The notes below the pieces were generated by a model, which saw only the letters and a program-made list of their open reading frames with translations, did no database searches and had not been told where the DNA came from. The position numbers and the translations under genes are program-made. From a virus, in IMG/VR virus record IMGVR_UViG_3300044998_000754: a stretch of DNA of 36,815 nucleotides, one strand, 5' to 3'. Shown in pieces: positions 17,522 to 23,200 of the stretch (positions within the stretch are counted from its first letter, which is position 1; each line of letters starts with the position of its first letter).

Positions 17522-17740
17522 ATGCACTGCATGACCACCGCCACGGTCCGCTCCGGCGGCCAGTTCCTCAACCTGGACCTGAACACCACCTGGAACCTGG
17601 TAAGTCTCGCCAGAGGTGAGGAGGTCGTCCTCACCGACGAGCGCCCCGTCAACGGCCGGCATCGCATCGTTCTGGACCGAGCCGGTCACCGAGTTCTGAT
17701 CCCCACGCACTACCTACGCACCGAGGAGGATGCACGATGA
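17522..17740 (+). CDS. Hypothetical early protein (72 aa)
   Basis: RBS gagggag upstream; GC3-rich frame; ATGA coupling to the next gene. Confidence 0.55.
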   Translation: MHCMTTATVRSGGQFLNLDLNTTWNLVSLARGEEVVLTDERPVNGRHRIVLDRAGHRVLIPTHYLRTEEDAR

Positions 17741-17958
17741 AGGCAACCGAGGCCATCGGCCGGACCGTCCGCTTCCCGACCCAGATGGGCGTCTCCCAGG
17801 GCCGGCTCGTCCGGGTCGGGGAGTGCGGTCACCCGCCGTGCAGGTTCGGGACGGACTGCTGCACCGTCCAGTTCCGGACCGAGCGAGCCGTCCACACCGT
17901 CAACTTCCACCGGTCGGACCTCCGGCTCGTGGAGGAGGACCAGGAGACCGACTCGTGA
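17737..17958 (+). CDS. Hypothetical early protein (73 aa), Cys-rich (CGHPPCRFGTDCC)
   Basis: ATGA overlap with the upstream gene. Four clustered cysteines suggest a small metal-binding fold. Confidence 0.5.
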   Translation: MKATEAIGRTVRFPTQMGVSQGRLVRVGECGHPPCRFGTDCCTVQFRTERAVHTVNFHRSDLRLVEEDQETDS

Positions 17959-18005
17959 CGCTCGGCGTCCGGGCCGACACGAGCACCGAACACCAAGGAG
18001 GAGAC

Positions 18006-18278
18006 ATGCCCGCCGTCACCGCACCCTCGACGGTCAACTACCGCCGGACGACCTCGATGAAGGCCAACGGCCGGAACCTGGAGCCGGGGACGGAGTTCTC
18101 CGTCCGAGGGCAGCGAGGCCGGTTCCGGTTCCTGGCCCTGGTCGAGCACCTACCGACCGGTCACACATGGATCGACGCCTACGGTGGGGATCGGGACCCT
18201 CGTGGTCGTCGCCAGTTCCGAGCCTTCCGTCCCGAGGACATCCGTACCGTCCATCGGACCAAGGAGCGGCGTCGATGA
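18006..18278 (+). CDS. Hypothetical early protein (90 aa)
   Basis: ATG 18006 follows the RBS aaggagg, inside listed ORF 17730..18278, whose upstream part is Arg/Pro-rich off-frame-like sequence. Confidence 0.55.
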   Translation: MPAVTAPSTVNYRRTTSMKANGRNLEPGTEFSVRGQRGRFRFLALVEHLPTGHTWIDAYGGDRDPRGRRQFRAFRPEDIRTVHRTKERRR

Positions 18279-18472
18279 GCCCCGAGGAACTGGACAGACT
18301 GGAGGCGTTCGCTCTCAGCCTGGTCACTTGTGGTGAGTACGCCGGCCGTAGGCAGATCGTGAAGCGCGGAGGGCCGCCCTTCATGACCGGCGACGAGATG
18401 GCGGCCGAGGGTCGTCGGCTCCTGGCCCTGATCGAGAAGCGCCGTTCCGAGGAACTTCACGGACCGGACTGA
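18275..18472 (+). CDS. Hypothetical early protein (65 aa)
   Basis: ATGA overlap with the upstream stop. MSPEELDRLEAFALSLV.... Confidence 0.5.
   Translation: MSPEELDRLEAFALSLVTCGEYAGRRQIVKRGGPPFMTGDEMAAEGRRLLALIEKRRSEELHGPD
18445..18464. promoter_or_regulatory. Operator-like palindrome, copy C, weaker (TTCCGAGGAACTTCACGGAC)
   Basis: Matches 14/16 fixed positions. Lies in the last 28 nt of CDS 18275..18472, just upstream of a terminator and the next promoter-like -10 box. Confidence 0.4.
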
Positions 18473-18482
18473 CCCACCCGAC

Positions 18483-18508
18483 AGCCCTCCCTCCAGACGG
18501 GGAGGGCT
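18483..18508 (+). terminator. Rho-independent terminator
   Basis: AGCCCTCCC-8 nt loop-GGGAGGGCT (perfect 9-bp stem) followed by ttcttct. Confidence 0.75.
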
Positions 18509-18530
18509 TTCTTCTGCCCGGTCGAATCTG

Positions 18531-18536
18531 TACCAT
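18531..18536 (+). promoter_or_regulatory. -10-like box TACCAT, 7 nt upstream of ATG 18544 (leaderless geometry)
   Basis: TAnnnT hexamer. No RBS lies between it and the ATG, and no convincing -35 box was found. Confidence 0.4.
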
Positions 18537-18543
18537 CGACACG

Positions 18544-19269
18544 ATGAGCACCACACTGACGGTCCCGGAGAACGTCGCTAGGTCGGTACGAGCCCAGCGG
18601 CAGATGATAGACGAACTGGACCGGGTTGACCTGGAGGAGTTCAGGTCAGCAATGCAGACCTGGTCCGTGACGGACCTGTCCAACGCCGGCACGGGCCTCA
18701 TCTCGTTCTACACCCGGCTCGATGAGACCAAGACGGACGTCCTCAAGGCCCCCGCCAAGGTCGTCGTCGCCCTCCGGTCGCACTTCCGGACGACCGAGGG
18801 AGACGTGGACTGGAGCGGAAGGTCCTGGGACTACCGGCAGACGGTCTCCGCCATGTACGAGGCCTCCGGCATCCCGCCGGACTCGGAGTCGAACATCCAG
18901 GCCAGTCTCCGCTACCACGTCGGGAACCTGCTGCGGGAGGTCGTTCCGGCCGAGCAGCTTGAGAGCGCCGGGCTCCTGACCAAGTCCCCCAAGGAGAGGA
19001 TGACGGACGTGCGCGCCGTCACGGCCGCTGTCCTGGCCGCCACGGACGTCGAGGTCGGCAAGCCGCCCAAGCCGGCCGAGGCCGTGAGCCGACAGGTCTC
19101 GGCGCTCTACACCGTGGCGGATCGTCTGGAGCACTCCCCGGAGGCCTGGGCCGCCCTGTCGGTCCGGCTCCTGGAGCAGTATGAGGACCGCCTGGAGGAG
19201 GTCATCGCCAAACTCCGAACGTCACTCAGTGTAGTCCAGACCGTCATTGACACCAAGATGAAGGACTGA
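18544..19269 (+). CDS. Hypothetical protein (241 aa), transcriptionally insulated by terminators on both sides
   Basis: Long GC3-rich ORF with no motif I recognise. Terminators at 18483 and 19273 flank it. Confidence 0.7.
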   Translation: MSTTLTVPENVARSVRAQRQMIDELDRVDLEEFRSAMQTWSVTDLSNAGTGLISFYTRLDETKTDVLKAPAKVVVALRSHFRTTEGDVDWSGRSWDYRQTVSAMYEASGIPPDSESNIQASLRYHVGNLLREVVPAEQLESAGLLTKSPKERMTDVRAVTAAVLAATDVEVGKPPKPAEAVSRQVSALYTVADRLEHSPEAWAALSVRLLEQYEDRLEEVIAKLRTSLSVVQTVIDTKMKD

Positions 19270-19272
19270 TGT

Positions 19273-19297
19273 AACCCTCAACCTCGACTTGAGGGTT
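19273..19297 (+). terminator. Hairpin terminator (AACCCTCAA-cctcgac-TTGAGGGTT)
   Basis: Perfect 9-bp stem, 4 nt after the stop codon at 19267..19269. Confidence 0.6.
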
Positions 19298-19334
19298 CAC
19301 GGAGCGTGGCGGACGTGGCACGGAGAGCGCGATC

Positions 19335-19440
19335 CAGTGTAGGAAATGCTTCAGAAACCATACACTCCGTATTTAGCATTAGTAGGACCCTACTAGTGTG
19401 TAATAGCGAGTGTATGGTTTCTGGAGCACTTCTTACACTG
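19335..19440 (+). repeat. AT-rich long inverted repeat (33-nt arms, 40-nt spacer containing its own small hairpin)
   Basis: Arms 19335..19367 and 19408..19440 are complementary at 30/33 positions. Two of the three mismatches are G-U compatible on the + strand. The local base composition is far less GC-rich than the rest of the genome. Confidence 0.8.
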
Positions 19441-19656
19441 ACCCGCTCCCAGCGCCACGATCACTACCGCCACGCCCAGGCCGGTGACCCACCTCCACGG
19501 AGAGGGCTCTAGAAGCCCGCCTCCGGCGCTCTACCCCACCCTCCGCTACCACCCCAGCCGGCCCCTCCCAGCGGCCCGGAGACGGCCGTCTAGAGGCCTC
19601 TCCGTCGAAGTCCCTCCGTCACGCCAACCCTGTCCCCATCCGGGCCGCCCTGGCCC

Positions 19657-19694
19657 ATGTCCTCCAGGACCCAATCCCCAACCCTGGAGGACAT
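19657..19694 (+). promoter_or_regulatory. RBS-sequestering hairpin in front of the exonuclease gene
   Basis: ATGTCCTCCAGG (19657..19668) pairs perfectly with CCTGGAGGACAT (19683..19694). The 3' arm contains the GGAGGA Shine-Dalgarno and ends 2 nt before ATG 19697. Confidence 0.55.
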
Positions 19695-19696
19695 CC

Positions 19697-20473
19697 ATGA
19701 CCACTCCGCAGGTCCCCACCATCAAGCGCCAGGGCTCGCGCTTCTACGTCCACCCGCTCACGGACCAGAAGGCCGTCGGCGTCACCTCGGTCCTGAACAT
19801 GCTCCCCAAGGAGTTCCTCAAGTTCTGGGCCGCCAAGGTCACCGCCGAGACCGCCGTGGACCAGTTCTCGACCCTCGCCAGCTTCGTCGCATCGGGCAAC
19901 CGAGAGGACGCCGTGGACTGGCTCAAGAGGGCACACTCCCGGAACACGGCCGGCGCTGCCGACGTCGGCGGTGACGTTCACGACCTGGTGGAGCTTCTGG
20001 CGCGGGGCCGACCGCTCCCGCCGGTCCATCCCGACGTCCAGCCCTACCTCGACCACTTCCGTGAGTTCCTGGACGTGTTCTCTCCGGACTTCATCTTCAT
20101 CGAGGAGACTGTGTGGTCGGAGACTCACGGCTACGCCGGCTCCTTCGATGCCATCGCCCGCATCGGCTCCGAGACGGTCATCATCGACTACAAGACGACC
20201 CGCTCCGGCGTCCACGCCGAGGTCGCCCTCCAGTTGTCGGCCTACGAGCGCGCTGACTACATCCTCCGCCCCGACGGGACCCAGGAGCCGATCCCGGACC
20301 TCGACGCCGCCGCCGTGCTGCACCTGCGGCCCGAGGGCTGGAAGCTCGTCCCGGTCCAGACCTCCGACGAGCTGTTCGACGTGTTCCTGGCCCTCAAGCA
20401 GGTCCATCGTTGGGACAAGGAGCTGTCCAAGGTCGTCATCGGTCAGCCGATCCGAGTGGAGGACGTCCGGTGA
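19697..20473 (+). CDS. PD-(D/E)XK exonuclease (RecB-type; the family annotated as Cas4-family exonuclease in actinophages, but with no Cys cluster here)
   Basis: 258 aa from the internal ATG with RBS ggagga. Motifs GSFDAIARIG...TVIIDYKTT and LQLSAY. The upstream part of listed ORF 19484..20473 is Pro/Arg-rich non-coding-like sequence. Confidence 0.7.
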   Translation: MTTPQVPTIKRQGSRFYVHPLTDQKAVGVTSVLNMLPKEFLKFWAAKVTAETAVDQFSTLASFVASGNREDAVDWLKRAHSRNTAGAADVGGDVHDLVELLARGRPLPPVHPDVQPYLDHFREFLDVFSPDFIFIEETVWSETHGYAGSFDAIARIGSETVIIDYKTTRSGVHAEVALQLSAYERADYILRPDGTQEPIPDLDAAAVLHLRPEGWKLVPVQTSDELFDVFLALKQVHRWDKELSKVVIGQPIRVEDVR

Positions 20474-20673
20474 GGCGTCTCCGACGCCTCGACCCCAAGT
20501 CCGCCGAGCTCCCGCCCGACGGCTGGATCGTGGGCTTCTCCGGCGACCCCAGGACGGTCCCCCCGTTCTGCTCGTGGTGCGGGACGTCGTGGACCGTGAC
20601 GCACCGGGACGGTCACCTTCTGTGCAAGAAGTGTGACTTGTTCGATCCCGACCCGAAGGAGTTGGTGTCGTGA
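20470..20673 (+). CDS. Small zinc-ribbon protein (67 aa)
   Basis: GTGA overlap with the exonuclease stop. CSWCG...CKKC forms a CxxC...CxxC pair. Confidence 0.5.
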   Translation: MRRLRRLDPKSAELPPDGWIVGFSGDPRTVPPFCSWCGTSWTVTHRDGHLLCKKCDLFDPDPKELVS

Positions 20674-21071
20674 CGCGCCGGGTCTACATCGCCGGTCCGA
20701 TGCGGGGGCGGCCGGAGTTCGGCTTCCCCGCCTTCGATGCCGCTGCCGCCAAGCTTCGAGCCCGTGGCTGGACCGTGTTCAGTCCTGCCGAGCGGGACCG
20801 AGCCGCCGGCTTCGATGAGCGAGACCTGACCGGTCACGAGCCTCTCCACACCTTGGAGAACTTCGATCATCGTGAGGCCATCTTGGATGACCTCCGCTGG
20901 ATCGTGATGAAGGCCAACGCCATCTACATGCTCGCCGGCTGGCAGACCTCCAAGGGAGCCGTGGCGGAGCGAGCCGTCGCCCTGGCGCTCGACCTGGACG
21001 TCCTCTACGAGTCCGACGGTGACGCCGCCATCTTGGCCCCCGACTCCATCCGCCGGAACCTCCCGGCCTGA
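20670..21071 (+). CDS. DUF4406 protein (nucleoside 2-deoxyribosyltransferase-like fold)
   Basis: 133 aa. VYIAGPMRG...FPAF...L...GWTVFSPAE...AIYMLAGWQTSKGAVAERAVALAL matches the DUF4406 signature as I recall it. Confidence 0.65.
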   Translation: MTRRVYIAGPMRGRPEFGFPAFDAAAAKLRARGWTVFSPAERDRAAGFDERDLTGHEPLHTLENFDHREAILDDLRWIVMKANAIYMLAGWQTSKGAVAERAVALALDLDVLYESDGDAAILAPDSIRRNLPA

Positions 21072-21083
21072 CGCCGAGAGCCG

Positions 21084-21103
21084 GTCCGTGAAGCTTCCCG
21101 GAC
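21084..21103. promoter_or_regulatory. Operator-like palindrome, copy D (GTCCGTGAAGCTTCCCGGAC)
   Basis: Matches 16/16 fixed positions. Intergenic, and embedded in a larger hairpin: GAGAGCCGGTCC at 21076..21087 pairs with GGACCGGCTCTC at 21117..21128. Confidence 0.6.
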
Positions 21104-21194
21104 AAACCTGTCCCCAGGACCGGCTCTCTGGCCCATAGAGCCCGTGAGGTCAATCAGTCCTCATCACCAACAGAGACCGCAGGAGGTCCACGAC

Positions 21195-21854
21195 ATGCCC
21201 ATCAACATCTTCGCCAACGCCGAGAAGCCGTCGGCACCGACGAGCACCGACATCGTCGGCCGCTTCCGGGCCGGCCGTCAGTTGCAGGGTCGTCCCATGA
21301 GCCTGACGACCTGGCGCATCACGACCGGCGATCCCGAGGTCGCCAAGGCCGTGGCCGACGAGTTCGGTGCGATCGAGGGTCCCCAGGAGTGGGAGACCAA
21401 GACGGAGGAGCGGCTGGAGGTCATCACCTTGACCAACTCCGTGGACGTCATCTTCCACCGTCCGGAGCACGTCTCGTCCGAGATGGTGCTCTGGGGGCGC
21501 AAGAAGAAGCTCCGGTCGTGTGACGGTGTCGTCCAGGCCGACGGCTCGCCCTGCGCCTGTCCGTCGGACTTCTCCGAGCGGGTCGCCCGAGCCGGCGACG
21601 GTTCGGCCTGCGAGCCCTCCGTCTCGTTCCTGTTCTCGCTGGCCGCACTTCCGGACCTCGGGCGCTTCCGCTTCCAGACTGGAAGCTGGACCGTCGCTCG
21701 TCAGATCGGTCAGGTGGAGGCCGCCCTCGTCGGCATCGGCGGCCCGGCCAAGGCCACCCTCCGGCTGGAGCGGCGGACCCGCAAGGACGCCGGCACGACC
21801 TACACGGTCGCCGTCGTGGACGGCATCGTTCCGGTCGAGGAGGCCCTGTCGTGA
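21195..21854 (+). CDS. Conserved-looking replication-module protein with a Cys cluster (function unknown; gp3-like RDF is only a speculation)
   Basis: 219 aa from ATG 21195 after the RBS aggagg. ...LRSCDGVVQADGSPCACPSDF...GSACEP.... Confidence 0.6.
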   Translation: MPINIFANAEKPSAPTSTDIVGRFRAGRQLQGRPMSLTTWRITTGDPEVAKAVADEFGAIEGPQEWETKTEERLEVITLTNSVDVIFHRPEHVSSEMVLWGRKKKLRSCDGVVQADGSPCACPSDFSERVARAGDGSACEPSVSFLFSLAALPDLGRFRFQTGSWTVARQIGQVEAALVGIGGPAKATLRLERRTRKDAGTTYTVAVVDGIVPVEEALS

Positions 21855-22052
21855 GCGCCAAGGCCAAGCTCTCCCCCGACCAGGTCGCCGCCATCCGCTG
21901 GGCCTACGCCGGCAACCCGCACCCCTCTCAGCGGGAGCCTCGCAGCCCGCTTCGGCGTCCACCCGTCACAGGTCAGTCGAGCCGTCCGAGGGCTCTCTTG
22001 GCCCGACGCCAACGGTCCCATCTTCCCGCACGCCCCGAAGGAGACACGATGA
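21851..22052 (+). pseudogene. Small HTH DNA-binding protein gene interrupted by a 1-nt frameshift near 21938
   Basis: Frame A gives MSAKAKLSPDQVAAIRWAYAGNPHPSQRE. The classic continuation LAARFGVHPSQVSRAVRGLSWPDANGPIFPHAPKETR* is in the +1 frame from 21939, and ends in an ATGA overlap with the next gene at 22049. Confidence 0.65.
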
Positions 22053-22216
22053 ACAGCTCCGCCGACAGCGCCACGATCAACGTGGAGGTCCCCGCCTCCA
22101 CCGCCACGATCATCGCTACCGGCTCGTCCGTGGTGGCCTACAGCGCCGCCGCCAGGGAGGTCCTCCGACTCGTCCGGCTGGCCTGGGCCGAGGTCAACGA
22201 GGAGATGGAGTCGTGA
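22049..22216 (+). CDS. Hypothetical protein (55 aa)
   Basis: ATG after the RBS gaaggag. It is in the same frame as the 5' part of the HTH gene, so the ORF track fuses them as 21851..22216. Confidence 0.5.
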   Translation: MNSSADSATINVEVPASTATIIATGSSVVAYSAAAREVLRLVRLAWAEVNEEMES

Positions 22217-22395
22217 CACAGACGGTCATCATCTTCTTCGTGCTCCTGCTCCTGGTGAGCCTCCTCGGCGGCTGGGCGCTCATGCTCACCGTTGCGCTCC
22301 TGGGCGGTTCGGTGTCGTTCGGTCACTCCGTCCTGGCCTTCCTTCTTCTCCGCACCCTCGTTCTTGGAACCCCATTCCGCAAGGAGTCCGACTGA
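22213..22395 (+). CDS. Small membrane protein (60 aa, two TM segments)
   Basis: GTGA overlap with the upstream stop. TQTVIIFFVLLLLVSLLGGWALMLTVALLGG...LAFLLLRTLVLG. Confidence 0.55.
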   Translation: MTQTVIIFFVLLLLVSLLGGWALMLTVALLGGSVSFGHSVLAFLLLRTLVLGTPFRKESD

Positions 22396-22760
22396 TGCAG
22401 ACCCCCGACCTGAACACCAACGCCGGTCTCCTGGAGGCCGCACGACACGACCTCGGCATCCTCGTCCAGATGCCGGCCCCTCCTCCCCCTCTCATCGACG
22501 TCACTGAAGCGATCGAGAAGGCCCACCGGGTCGTCTGGACGATCGACCCGTCCGCCGACGGGGAGAGCTTCGACGTCGTGTCCGACGAGTTCACTGCCAC
22601 CGAGGTCGGTGCTCTCGTGGACAAGCTCTACAGCTCCGGTCAGGAGGCCGTCTCGGCAGCCGGCCTCCTGTCCGACACGGACGTCTCGGACTCGGTCAAG
22701 GCGCTCGGTATGACGCTCGTCGTCATCGCCGGGCTGTTCGTGATGGCCTACATCGACTGA
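22395..22760 (+). CDS. Hypothetical protein with a C-terminal membrane anchor (121 aa)
   Basis: TGATG coupling at both ends. C-terminal LGMTLVVIAGLFVMAYI. Confidence 0.55.
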   Translation: MQTPDLNTNAGLLEAARHDLGILVQMPAPPPPLIDVTEAIEKAHRVVWTIDPSADGESFDVVSDEFTATEVGALVDKLYSSGQEAVSAAGLLSDTDVSDSVKALGMTLVVIAGLFVMAYID

Positions 22761-23200
22761 TGCCGAACCCCCAGAAGGCCAAGGGCACCCGCTGGGAGTC
22801 TGAGGTCGTCCGCTACCTCCGGAGTGTGGGCTTCGATGAGGCTCGGAGAGAGGTTCAGCGGGGAGCCCGAGATGTCGGTGACATCGGAGGCTTCCCGCTC
22901 TGGGCCATCGAGGCCAAGGCCTACGCCTCCGTCTCACACTCCGTGCTGGCGGACTTCGTGGCTCAGGCCAATCGTGAGGCCCGTCACGCCGGCAAGCCCT
23001 TCGGGATCGTCGTCATCAAGCGGCCACGTCACCGGACCGCCGACGGGTTCGTGGTGATGGACCTGGAGACCTGGACCCGGCTGGAACGACACCTACGAGA
23101 CACGGACGGAGATGCCAATGCAGTTGAGCGAAGTGCTCGCCAAGTTCGACGTCGTCGGCTCCGAGACCGACGGCTTCCTGGCCCGATGCCCGGCGCATGA
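22760..23200 (+). CDS. Holliday junction resolvase (PD-(D/E)XK, archaeal Hjc-like type common in actinophages)
   Basis: KGTRWESEVVRYLRSVGF...RGARDVGDIGG...WAIEAKAY.... The last 30 or so codons overlap the primase start. Confidence 0.65.
   Translation: MPNPQKAKGTRWESEVVRYLRSVGFDEARREVQRGARDVGDIGGFPLWAIEAKAYASVSHSVLADFVAQANREARHAGKPFGIVVIKRPRHRTADGFVVMDLETWTRLERHLRDTDGDANAVERSARQVRRRRLRDRRLPGPMPGA

Noticed and set aside
18663-18675. Short palindrome GTCCGTGACGGAC, and the decamer ACTTCCGGAC occurring three times (near 18785, 21651 and 28306), as extra operator sites
   Set aside because: All are inside coding sequence, lack the GAA-NN-TTC core or its spacing, and are short enough to arise by chance in GC-rich DNA.
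19306-19512. 68-aa + strand ORF across the AT-rich inverted repeat, and a minus-strand hydrophobic peptide frame around 19400..19510
   Set aside because: The + ORF merely reads through a palindrome and has atypical composition. The minus-strand frame has no ATG or RBS and only about 25 codons from an internal GTG. The region is better explained as non-coding structure.
19484-19696. Upstream 71-aa extension of the exonuclease ORF
   Set aside because: It is a Pro/Arg-rich low-complexity translation of a structured non-coding region. ATG 19697 has a GGAGGA RBS, and the recognisable protein starts there.
21144-21194. GTG 21144 as the start of the 21195..21854 gene
   Set aside because: The aggagg RBS sits 7 nt before ATG 21195. 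The extension adds only 17 residues of His/Gln/Pro-rich sequence.
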